A stretch of 64,000 nucleotides of DNA from Balanoglossus misakiensis (lineage: Eukaryota; Animalia; Hemichordata). The number at the start of each line of letters is the position of its first letter. Position 1 is the stretch's first letter. Where the stretch lies: positions 9,286,254 to 9,350,253 of the forward strand of contig CM082583.2 in assembly GCA_040954595.2 (NCBI GenBank). Reading direction: 5' to 3'. A program made the translations under genes and the position numbers. Below are positions 41,006 to 53,239 of the stretch, piece after piece. The notes below the pieces were generated by a model. It was not told the origin of the DNA and searched no databases. It saw nothing but the letters and a program-made list of their open reading frames with translations.

Positions 41006-41575
41006 ATGGCCGCGGCAATCCCTGGATCGAATTTTTTCACACCGCACAATATCTCGCGATTATACGGCGGCGGTTCGCCCGGTAAAGATTCGGCGCAGAG
41101 AAATGTGTCTCAACCAGAAGATACAGATTTACCGTCGCCAAACACAGAGAGAACTGTTCATTTAGGGGAAGAAGACATCATGTCAACTGCGAAGCTGTTA
41201 GCAGACGACTACATCAGTTACAAGACCAACAGGAGTACAAGCACAAAACCTCCAAGCACGCACGCCGCAACGCTCCGGCGAGTGGGGGATGAAATCGATG
41301 AAAAATACTGTATTTCACTGAACGGCATTACAGAAAGGTTGCAGTTTTCACCGGAAAGAGATGGCTACGACGCCTACAGGGCGTGCTTGGACAGTATGTT
41401 TGACGAGGGCAATGTGAATTGGGGCAGGATCGCAACAGTTTATGTTTTCAGCGCCAGACTTGCCAAACATTGCCAAGACAGAGACCTTGTCGAATATGTC
41501 GACGTTGTCAAGGAGTTCACGGCGCAGTACGTGCGCTCCAAATTGTCGAAATGGATTCAGAAACAAGGCGGATGG
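41006..41575 (+). CDS. MCL1: Bcl-2 family protein, Mcl-1-like, coding exon 1 (BH3, BH1, start of BH2)
   Basis: ACCATGG Kozak start. BH3 ATLRRVGDEIDEKY, BH1 MFDEGNVNWGRIATVYVF and BH2 WIQKQGGW followed by a GTACGT donor at the conserved phase-0 GGW|D intron. TLRRVGD, AKH and a PEST-like N-terminus resemble Mcl-1. Family is secure; orthology is inferred. Confidence 0.93.
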
Positions 41576-42225
41576 GTACGTTGGGTGCATAATTTTCCCA
41601 TTTGTAGATTACAAAATGTTCGTTTTAGGGTTAGCCGTACATTGTAGATGCATCAGGAAAAAAAATTAACAGAAAAGCTAGGTACGGCCAGTTTGCTTCC
41701 GAATCATCTACATCCATCGGTTGCCCCACAGACGTGACGTGTGTGGCGGCTCCAGTTTGAACCGCCGCATGAACTGTAAACAGGCGGTGGGGCTCGGCCG
41801 TTGACACGATCTCAATGCATAAACGATGCAAACAATTCCAAATCGCATGACATGCTATGTATAGCTGCCATACATAGTCACTGCAGCGTGTACATTTCAT
41901 CTTGTACATTTCAAATGAGTCAGAGTATGTTGAGAACTTCACTGAAATTTCATTTTTTTGTGGCCTTGGCAACTAACACGGAAGATGAACATGATGAACG
42001 GAGACAGGAAATGTTTCTTTTACTGGCATGGAGGGAATATCGCATGGAAATTTTAGATCATCACACCAGGAAGCAAAACTATAAAAATACTTGTAAAAGG
42101 GAACTGTTTGGATCAAGTTTCGTTTTAGAATGTAATCCATCTTTTGTTTCGATCACGCGTCCATTTCCCCTTATTTTTCTGTCAATGTCATGTATTTATA
42201 TGCATTTCATATTTTTGTCATTCAG

Positions 42226-42348
42226 GATGCCATGGATGATGCGTTCAAAGAGAAAGACTGGAGAGAGAAGGTTGCGTTCAATGGACTTATGGTGACTGGA
42301 GCTGTTTTAACTGGCCTGGCAGCCCTGAGATTCATGATGGGAAAGTGA
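42226..42348 (+). CDS. MCL1: Mcl-1-like protein, last coding exon (tail anchor); total 230 aa
   Basis: tttttgtcattcag acceptor. DAMDDAFKEKDWREKVAFNGLMVTGAVLTGLAALRFMMGK* completes BH2 and adds a hydrophobic C-terminal anchor with basic residues. Confidence 0.92.
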   Translation, partial: DAMDDAFKEKDWREKVAFNGLMVTGAVLTGLAALRFMMGK

Positions 42349-44042
42349 ATGGTGCAGATTACTAAAAATAATGTGGACAAACAACTTGTCAAATCAAATT
42401 CCAGAGAGGCTGGCAATGAAATAGCTGGAATTTTTCAGAGAGACTTTCTTCTGTACATAGACACCATCCAATGCAAGAGGTAGTGTTTGCTGGGGCAGAC
42501 CATTTTGTCAGGGGAAGGAGCCACCGAATTGTGTTTTCTGTTTTGTAAATGAAAAGAAAAAAACGTTTTCTAATCAAACTCCATGTGCAATATATGAAGC
42601 TTTTACATGTATTTAGCCTTTTACAAGTTACCTTTCAAGGTATCAAATTGTACCAGTCTTGAGTTGATTGCATTTGACGAAGTTGGCCCCCTTCTCCTGA
42701 GAAAATTTGTCTGTCCCAGGTGCTAATATCAATAAATTGGACTGCTTGACATCCATTGAGCCCATGGCAGTTTCTGATTATATCAGAAACTCCGGTTTAC
42801 TTGCATGTATATATATACCTCCGCCGCCGCCTCCCAGCATGGCAATTTAAAGTCTACAGTATCCTGTCAATCATTATTTGTGGGTGAATTAATGTGAATA
42901 TGTTGAAACATGAAATATGTCTTACATGAACTTGCAAGCCGTGCCCACCTGAAATCAGCACACGATACGCAATAATAAGACAGAAAATCAGCATTATTTA
43001 TATTTTGGCTGGATCTGAAATATCTCGAAGTAATGCAGAGCTCCTAATCCCGTGATTTATGTTAAACTGAAAGAAAAGTAATGATACAATGTGCACCGAA
43101 GTTTGACTGCAAGGGCATGTAGGATAAAATCCATAACTCTACTTTTGGTACGGGTTATGGTGGGGTGGGGGTTTTGGGGTCGCACCTAGTGCAAAATAGT
43201 TTAGTCTAAAATACGGTTTACCACCGTTCAACAATCACCAATTATTTGTAACGCAGTTTTGGTTTTGAAATGTAAGAAGTCTGTACAAAAATCTACCATA
43301 ACCACTTTACACTTCACAAAACGCCAAGTCCAATATCAAAGTATCTAACTGCTTGAATATCTATAGGTATAAAACCAAATTGACTGTAACTCCCATCCGA
43401 TCGGTGAGGTCAGTTCCTTTGAGGTCTCTGTAACTTTCAACAAAGAGCTTTCTTGGAAAGCTAGATAACATTTCATTCTTAGTGATAACATATTTTTGTT
43501 GTTTTGTTTTTTGAGTGAAAGGAACTTGTGTACTGGGACAAGTGACAACTGCCATCATTTTTGCAGTCAAGTTTTCATTTACCTACGTGTAGTCTGGTTG
43601 AAGTGCTTCTTTCATTTACGATCAGAGTTATTTTTCAGGGATGCGCTGTATATAGCAAGTGTGCACTTTTTTTTCACTGGATTTTAACTTTTTTCTATTT
43701 TTTACAATATAATTTGACGAATCAAGAAAAGTTAAAGCCCGGTGAACGTGCATGCTTCCTTTTACAGTTATGTGCTTAAAAGCGAAAGAGAAACGTGTGG
43801 TTGTCACAGCTGAACAGCTGGAAAAAAATCTGTAAATTTGTTCTTGTGGAATGTGTACATTAGTTGTGGATTCAGAAAGTGAACAAGTCAGAATGGATGT
43901 AGCCAGAAGAATAGCACTCGTATATTTTTGTTGAGTTATGGTTTTTGTTCCGCAGCTGATTTTTATCTTTTCTGTTCAGAGTATTTTTATATAAAATGTG
44001 GTTATCCTTTAAAACGTTTAAATCTATCATCTGTACGGTTCT

Positions 44043-44048
44043 AATAAA
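44043..44048 (+). terminator. Candidate polyadenylation signal of the Mcl-1-like gene
   Basis: AATAAA followed about 30 nt later by a GT/T-rich tract. A proximal AATAAA lies at 42731. Confidence 0.55.
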
Positions 44049-46868
44049 CCTTCACAAAATTGGACAAAGATCCTCTCCGTGTGTGCGTTTTATTTTTGTG
44101 TCAGCGCTAGTTGTCGCATGTGAATGTGTTGTGGATTGATGTCAGAAATATATGTTAAAGTAAAAAAAAAGAAGAAAAGAAATCTGGTTTAGTTTGTAGT
44201 AGATTGTGTAGTCGAGACCCACACAGCAAGTCTGAGAAGCTGACCAGTGCATATAACAGATTGGACTCTTGCCAACAACCGGATCGTGAGAACACAATCA
44301 TTGGTTTCTAAGGGTGTAGGTGGAATGCTATTGACGTGGCCCAACCTTAGACACAATGGGTCATTGATTTTCTATTGTTGAAAGAATACCTGCGTCTATT
44401 TCATCCTCTGCACTAAAGCCACAGGTATGCGTCACCCACTGCATTGTGGGAGACTCCTGACACACATTATATTCAAATGCAGTCTGCCTACGTGAAGAAC
44501 GTATCGATTTTATGAGAATTGTCAATCTCACCCCTTTTGTCTGATCGGGGTCCAGAATCTTGAGTTGGGATTGGGATTGCGAGGTGTGTCGTAAGCAACA
44601 CCCACCATAATTGGTCAAAGACTAGGACCTCAATACAATGACAAAACAGGAAGCCAATGACCAATTCATGAGTTTCTTTCCAGGAATTAATTGGTAATCT
44701 CCCTGTGTACATGTTTGAGCAGCACTGGCGCAGTTGAACTTGAGAAGTGAATTGCTGTGTCATGTATGAGTCACACGTCCGCACAATTGGTGCCTGTCTC
44801 CAACCAAATTCCACATGGCCTGAAAGGTTGTCGTGGGCTTGTTCTTTCAGGCAAAATTTCATTTACAGTTCAACCTTGAGTTTTAGGACGATAAATTCGG
44901 AGTACTATACTGGGGGCTCGTATTTCACATATTTGAGAGTCCGCACCAAAATAGGAAAAATATGGTTCCTTAGCATGTTGCAGCACTGAGTATATAAAAT
45001 TATGGAAGATAAACAACATTAATATTCATGAAATCTCCAGGCATGATTGGGGATATCATTGACGTTTATTTTGAGCTTCGGCTGGGACTAACATTGACAT
45101 TAATTTAGATAATCACTTTGAGCATTTGGAGTTGCAAAAATGTCGCAAGGTTCGTTTGGGCATTGACAGCTGTCGGTGTGGTGATTAATGGCGTTGCCAT
45201 GGTAGTGTCACATGATGCTGACTTGCCTCTTCCATAGAATTACACTCCCCCCTCCCTCTCATGCGTTATGAAACAAACACGCCTGTTGTTTGCCAGAGTG
45301 ACGTGAGAGGTCACCTATTGGGGTCACTGACCAGGGCAATGCACTTTTAACCTTGTGTTTGCCAGAGTGCCAATTTCATGAACACCTGGTTGGTTGTACC
45401 TCAAAATAAAAACTGACCTTTTCATCAAATTTCAACAGCAGTCTTTTTGTTTATTTTTATGTAAATAAGATACAAATGTATTGTTAAACCAATAGTGCAT
45501 TACGTACCTTCATCTCGTGAGCTTGCAATAAAAGATACAAAGAGCGCACATGACTGCGTATCATTTCACAGGTCAGGTAATCTGGGGTTGACATTTCATA
45601 AGCTTTTTTTATCATCTGTGACCATTAATGATTCAGACGATAGTGCATAGCTAATCCCAGTTGAAACAGAACAGCATTTTTAGCACATTGTTCAAGTTAA
45701 TTTGACTACTGAAAGTAAAAGTCAATGTCCACTTGAAAGTGTATGTGGCCAGTGTGTAGTGATCTGGCAAGGTTGTTTTTGATTGGTCAGTTTATTGTCA
45801 AACAGGTGTATGTAACCAGAAGGGATAGGTTTTTCTGACTCTCTGCGCATTGAGTGGCCAAGGGTATGCAGGTGGTCCATCCATAAAGTTTTGAATTCTG
45901 TCATCACAAAATTATTAATTGGACCCGTTCAAGAATACTGTACCCTCATCTCTCTGTAATACTATCATAGTGTATTTTAAATGGCGAACTAGTGGCATTC
46001 ATACTCAATGGCAGTGATGAAACCGGACAATGATAATCTTCTGCAAATACATATTGTATTTACCTGTATTCATGCACACAAAGGCGGTTTTCAAACTGCA
46101 TGACGTCAATGTAACATTATTTCAGCGGGTAAACAATTGTTTTGTCCCCCAACAAAAGTGATTTCGCATCATTGCATCATGCCAGAAAACATTGCAAAGC
46201 GTTCCATCGAAAACAACTGCTTGGCATTCCACAGAATTTTATCATCAAGTACATTTAAACAGTTTCTAATACATGTATTCTGCATGTGTTCATACTCACG
46301 TACAATATTTAATCAGTTCCAGGTATTGTTTTCCAAAACTTTTACTTTCATGCGAAATGAAACAAGACGGTATATGGCTGATTGTATATAAATACACAGC
46401 AAACATAATTGTTTTTCAGTGCATGCCTCCATGTTTTTTGGAGATATTGTTATCATAATGAAATACAAGTATGATCTGTCACAGCAATTATGCACGCAAT
46501 ATTAGTCTGGACATGATATTTGCCTGGGACAGTGTTGTTGTACACATGTTTACGTCTGATGTCTACGTCTGTTTCTATTAATAAACCAGTGGTATGTTCC
46601 CCCACGCTGTCCAAACATATGTTTGCATGGTTTTTAATTCCTCCTGTACTACGCGTGACCTCAATTGTTGTTTTTGTGAGGCGGTTGACGGCCCAGAGAG
46701 TTCAAGGCAGGCTGTTATCATAACAGTCACCTACCTAGGCGTGTATATATGCACATAACGTACCTGCGTCAAAAGCAGCTTAGACGGAAACCTCGCTTTT
46801 AACCCCCCCCCCCCCCCAGCCAGCGCCCACCCAGATGACTCTTCTCAAATTTTGACGCACTTGTCAAT

Positions 46869-46886
46869 ATGTAAACATGTTTACAT
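46869..46886. promoter_or_regulatory. Perfect 18-bp palindrome with inverted forkhead (FOXO-type) sites
   Basis: ATGTAAACATGTTTACAT = GTAAACA + TGTTTAC. The central AAACATGTTT is also a p53 half-site. Confidence 0.45.
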
Positions 46887-49800
46887 GTCTGCGACAAACA
46901 AGTCGTTCACCTGGTGCATTGCGCACAGGTATGATCTGCTGTCGTCATCATATGCTTTCTAGTTAAGATAACCTTCACAAAATGACAAGCGATCATTTTT
47001 CATGAGGTATTCACATATCTCTTGATAATAAAGCATGTTGGTCACGAGTCTGCAATGTATCTGTTGTTCAGGTGAACTCAGTCGGAATTAATCCGCACAG
47101 CATTGCATACATCCTGAACAGAAATTTTGCTGGTTTTTTTTTTTTTTTTTTTTGCTGATTTGAATTCTCAAATGGCTATACTGAATGTTTGTAGACTGTA
47201 GAAGTGAGTAAAAACTTTTGAAAACCGATACTGGAAAAAGATACTTTGGCTGTCGTCAAATTACTGTGCTGTTTGTTTTCTCCTTCCTAAATGCAGACAT
47301 AAAAGCTGTCAAAACTTCCATGATGTTGGGTGTCAAGGTGGTTTTTCGTGACCTCAAAGTTCAACCCTTCGCATCTCAATGATAACAAACAGAAAAGTGT
47401 GATTCAACAAACTCAAGTGGTTGCCTTATCCGCAATACTTTAAAATGTTATTGGTCTAAAAACAGAGATTCATTAAGAATTTGAGACATGAAAAACCTCA
47501 TTGGCATGTCTCAATATGTATTTTTTTGACCATGAAAAACAATTTCTAGACTAAAATATGTTTGGTGATACATATTGCGCTGTTATTGTCTGGGTACATG
47601 GGATAATTATCACACTTTTATTCAACGGAAGACTCAAATTCAGGTCACCATGAAGAAAATACGTAAAAATTGACAACAGTTACAGATATTTTACCAAGGA
47701 TGACTGTATTATATGATGATTGGTAATATAGTATCAAATTTAGTCTTGTCTTCTTCCTTAGTTCTAATAGTCTAGTAAAAAATTTTGTTTGTTAAACCCT
47801 TCACAACTATGGGGAAATCTGTACACTTGGCTACTTTTTAGTCAAGGTTGCTATAAACAGAACTGGATGCAGACACTCCATCAATCAATCATAATCTTGA
47901 TATTAATTGTCCAATTACATGTCCTCTTTGCTTCCTGATAAACAAGTCAATTATTTCAATATTTCTAATTTAGAAGGCCAGTTCATGACACTTTGATAGC
48001 CTAGCTTCATTGTGAACCTATATCCCCCAAGTGATCAGTCACACCTTTCAAAATCACAAAAACTGTCCACATTTCATTTTGATGTATTACTTGCTTGCTT
48101 CTGCCAGAAAATTGTGCAGAATCTAGTTTTGTCACCTCCAGTAAACTCTGTGATGTGAATTAACTACCCATGGAACCTAAACACATTGTTGATCATGTGA
48201 CATGGTGTTCGACCAATCACAGGCACTTACATGTTTACCAGATGTAAATATTTCACAACAGCGTCACTCAAAGCCATTTTTCTGCTAAGTTTGGTTGATA
48301 TTCCAATATTCCGACATCTTTCCGAGGCGATGTTTTTAGCTGATAAGCTGTGTTGACAAAGTAGCCAAAAATTAATGATAGTGGATCTTTGATATTCATG
48401 TATTCTATGTGATGTTGCCGATATGTAGGGGACTCCATGCTGTTAGCTGTGAACAGTGCGGCATTCTGTGCACTTTGGTTCACAAGGTAGTGCCCATTAA
48501 CAATCATTAAATCAAATCTATTCTGTTTTCACAAGTCAAGGCTATTTTTATTCAACCAATCATCCAAATTTAGTGTATAACCATTAAATTTTTTGGAGGC
48601 ACGGGGGTCTGATATCTTATGTTTATCACATATACAAACACATCAAACCAGAATACTTTATGTTACTCTATAAAACAGTGACATACATCAGAGTTTGCAA
48701 GCCAGCTATCAAAAAAACCAGTGATCAGAAATTTACACCTGAATTTTCAGCAGTTGTAATACCACCAGTTTTACCATCAGATTGTCTGACAGATTGTTAT
48801 TTCCCTCCTCCAATGATGGATGACTGAACTACTATATATTTCCTTAGCAACCAGAAAGAAAGAAGAAAAGGATGTTAGGGCTGATTCAATCCCTATGTCC
48901 CTGAAATACATCTGTTCCAATTTGATAAATGCCAAATCACAAGTGAGAGCTAGAGTTCATTTGAGTCTTGAGTTTTGGAGTAAGATTGACAGTGACCGTG
49001 AAATCATTGGTAGGCATTAAAGCAGGAAACACGTCCGCCTGTTACATTTACTCCATATGGCCTCCATGATAAGTTTGTAGTCATGGCAGAAAAAAAAGTG
49101 CCAGTAGTCTCTGCTATATATCTATCACAGTTATATCACTGCTGCAGGATAGTGGAGTGAAATAAAAATGTATGATAACAGTAAAATATTGCTAGCCAGG
49201 CAGGCAATACGCATGAGCACAGGCCATAAAAAATTCAACAGCCCAGAGGTGTGGGTTTTTTTTTCTCATGGAGGAAAAACAATTGTAGAATTAAATTTGG
49301 GCAACATTTTATTTAGAAATGGGAATTGGAAATTTTTTTACTGACTCGAAAAGTAAAAAGGAAGAAAGAGACTTCATGCTTAGGTTTTTCCTGCATGGCA
49401 CTTTAAGGTTTAAATGTAGAAACATCTCAGTGTTTCGAAAATGCCCTTGAAAATCCCTCACTAGTGAAATAAAATATTTGAAGGAAATATATCACCCAAA
49501 GAGACAATACGACTCTCTGGAGAAATTGGGTCAAAAAAGGTGGGAAAGTAGAGAGACAGGAGAGTTTCTAGGCTAAGACGACCGGAAATTTGAGCGACAT
49601 ATCCCTGTGTTGCCATGGAAACTGCTACGAGACCTTGGGCATTTTGTCTGGGGAATAATAATGAGCCGGTTTCAATCTGATTTTCCAGAGTATCTCAAAA
49701 ACAATAGTCTAGTTTTTTTTATCTGTGGCTGCTGATGAGCAGATCCATTTTAGGTTTTGTTTAACAACATTCCTGCAAAATTTATAGAAATTTCTGAATA

Positions 49801-50753
49801 AAACTGAGAGGTTAGAAATATTGACTAGAGTTTCAACGAAATTGCAGAATTTAAATTTTATTTAGAAAAAAAAATATGTGGATGTCTTCTTCTGTATTAA
49901 ATATAGATGCATTAGAGGTGACGTGATCTAGAACATGGCCAACCTAAAGGTGACATTGGCCAAGTCCCGCAAGGTTAAAGTGACATAATTTTGTTGGAAT
50001 GTATTGACGTTGGTCACGTCTCTGACATTGGGTCATTTTTCATCAGATCATTAAAAAAGATTATGACAATACAGTTGTAACCTTTGTAGTAGAACAATTG
50101 AAGTACATTCACAGACGTTTTTATTGATTTAATGATGGATGTGTATATTGATCTTTTTCTGAATATTTTGCATATTATTGTAATATGTATAGGTCATTTT
50201 CTCAGTGACCTTAAAGTCTAATACAAACCATTGTTAAGTCAGAGGCTTAGGCTGGTGTTGTACAATGGAGAGAATTCAGGCGGACGGCGAGAGGTATAAA
50301 ATAGGTGAATCTGAGACATGTTTTTTTTCAGATTCCTTACATTTTAGTAAAGAAAATAGAAATTATTTTCCTATAAGCTCCGATTCAAGTTTGATTTTTA
50401 TTTCCATGTATTAACATGTCTTGTAGGGTGTTTTTTTTAGGGGGGGGAGGGTTCAAAAGAGGGGGTACATGTTGGGAGCTTTAAACAGAGCATAGAGGAG
50501 GGACTCTGAATGTAGCAATTTAATTTTAAAAAAACAGCTCCTGTTTGAAATGTATGCTATTTGTCACCAGTGAGCTCTGAGTTGACAACAAATTCCCAGT
50601 AGACAGGTGAGCCCAGGTATGCTGAGACAGTCTCCATACTTTATTACCTTGTAAATTACAAAAATGTTCATCACAAATATAAGCCAAAAAAACCCCACCT
50701 CCCCAAGTATCACATTTATCATTTATAACATGTAAAGGTGCAAATGTAGACAT

Positions 50754-50759
50754 TTTATT
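50754..50759 (-). terminator. Candidate polyadenylation signal of the Ski-SAND-domain gene
   Basis: AATAAA on the minus strand (another at 50640-50645), after about 2.4 kb of AT-rich sequence with minus-strand TGTAAATA elements (51771, 51884). Confidence 0.45.
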
Positions 50760-53159
50760 GAACACATTATGCAAAAGGAAAAAGACATTTAGCAAAGAAG
50801 GTACAAGATTTTACAGTGCAGTGAGCACATTGAAAACTGAATTTTACATTAGATTGGTACAATATACATTATTCATGGGACTTAGTCTGCACTGAGTGGA
50901 GACACACGACCCATGATGCCTCTGTGTGCGTGTGTGTGTTTGTGTAGTGTGTATATCGCTCACTCAATGATGTGCTAAAAATAGCCTCATTTAATCATTG
51001 CACAATTCCAGAACACTGCCCTGTGTACATATGAATTTACTTTCAAGGTTTTTATGTGGGTGATTCACCACATTTTTTTTTTCATTCCACACTAAAGATA
51101 AATTATCCTGGAATTTGCCGTTCATATTACCTTGTGAGTCCATTAACACTGTTTTATAAAAATAAATTCACAATGATCTGGAATGGGAATAAAATTTTAC
51201 GAGCACCGACATTCTGAATATAGTTTTGTTGATTAGCGATCCCATTTTTTCCATACCCAACTTAATTTCATCAGCAAAGTCAATGGATTTCATCATTCCT
51301 AGTTTAGCGACATTTCAGTTTCAATGATAAAAAATATTGATTCTCAGCATGTTATTTTGATACCAAAAACATATTTCTCCCACATACATTATGTATTTAT
51401 GGCCTCTGAGTTATATATACACTTACGAGCTGACGGATCAACCACTTAATATCAACTATGCTCATAAATGACCCAAGACCACACAAGACAATATCAAATT
51501 ATAACTGCCAATTTCACGAAAGAATGTATTATCACATTCACCCTGCCTAGACGTCTCTGTATGTGTCTCAAAATTAAAATAATCATTTCCTTTCCCCTTT
51601 GACTATAAATCTAAAATACCGGCATTTCTAGAAAACACCGACAGTAAATTTAATCGCAAATTCTGCATCTTCAGGTAGCGCTGAAGAAATATAGACAGAA
51701 AATCTTGCAACCATCATTTTAATACTTGAAAATTCATTTCAGACAGAAATACAATGCCCCCGGTTTTTAATATTTACATGTTTTCAAGCCTATTGATGTG
51801 ACATTTTACAATACAAAGGCGTTAATAATATCCAGCAAGCCCCGACTGCTGCCAGTATTATTACGAAAATTCATCACATGTTATATTTACAGAAAATGTC
51901 TATTTATAATGGAACTATTTCGGGTGAAAAGAATATTATGTGTCGTGACACCACCATATTGCTGATGATGATTAAAAAGGCATGAGCTAAAAAAAAGGTG
52001 AACATTCTCCAGATGAAGCTCGAGTTTTTTAATATGAAACAGAAGCATATTTTTTCAGTATTGTTTGTGAAATGGGTGTTTTGATGGCAGGTGTGTGGAG
52101 GGGCCGTTTTTGTCTTCAGGCAGCAGACATAATACAGCGATGAGAAATGAGGTGTCTGGTACGTGCCGTGGGCATTGATGAAAAGGAAAGCCACGGGGTT
52201 TCAAAATTAAAAAAACAGAGTGGGATAAACGGGGAAATGTGGACCACAAAGTGTGATTAAAGTGAGCTTCATAATCAGCACTAGGGCACTGACGTCACAG
52301 GAATTCTCGTGTAGCAATTCATCGTTATGTAACCTGTCTCCAATCAGCGCGGAAACAAGAAATCACTCCGGGTTGTGACGTCAATGCTAATTCGATTCCT
52401 GTCTGATTAAAAGCCGACTGGCTGACTCCTGTGTTTTAGGGGCAATTCCGCAGTCTGGTTTTTCAATTTCGGGGCAATAAACTCTCACTGAGCTGTCTGA
52501 AATGGTGATCAGAATTCAGCACATTGTCTTTTTACCTTAGTTGTGTGTATTGGGCTGTGGTTCTGCCGCCATCTGCCGTGACTGGATTTTTAAAAAATTG
52601 ACTTTCCTTATATTTTCATCTCCATGAAATTTACAGCGCAAACAGACAGGTACATTGAATCTAGAATATCAGAAGCTGTATTCACAAAGATAAATTATCA
52701 AAACAGCGGAAATGTGATAAAGCTTTCCGATGATGTGTGAGATTAGTTCAATTGACGTACACACCAACATGACGCATCATATTATTAACACAAGTTTCAA
52801 AGCATAAATATCATTACAGGGACTTCAAAACATACCAAAGTAGTTTTGTACTGGAAGATCTGGTGTGGGAAGGAAAGTTTCCAGTACTTCCGTAAATCTA
52901 TTCACATTAATCCAAAATACCGAAACCCTGAAACCCAGTGAGCTGAACATTTTTCAAAATGCTATCAAAACAGTGGAGAAACATATGTGCTATAATATTG
53001 TACAAATTATACACATAATAAATACATACATGTAAACAAAAACAAAAATGTTTGAGATTTTGCATTTTTTTGTATTGTATAGAAAATGTCTGATTCTGAC
53101 AAACTACGGATAAGTGGACGAGTGAGCTGCCAGTGGTTGTATGTACTGCACATCGGATA

Positions 53160-53239
53160 TTAGCTGTCGAGGCAGGTCTTGTACGCCCTTACCTGCTCCT
53201 CAAGAACCTCTCTGCGTATTTTTTCCTCTTGCAACCGTC
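53160..53239 (-). CDS. Ski/SKOR SAND-like domain protein, last coding exon (coiled coil)
   Basis: ttattttctctgtag acceptor in phase 1. (R)RLQEEKIRREVLEEQVRAYKTCLDS* continues the coiled coil of the previous exon. Confidence 0.75.

Noticed and set aside
41006-41026. AIPG near the Mcl-1-like N-terminus as an IAP-binding motif
   Set aside because: It would not be exposed at the N-terminus after Met removal (M-A-A-A-I-P).
40937-41647. 236-aa single-exon Bcl-2 ORF as listed
   Set aside because: The TTG start is less plausible than Kozak ATG 41006, and the tail after GGW is intron read-through. The real C-terminus is exon 42226-42348.
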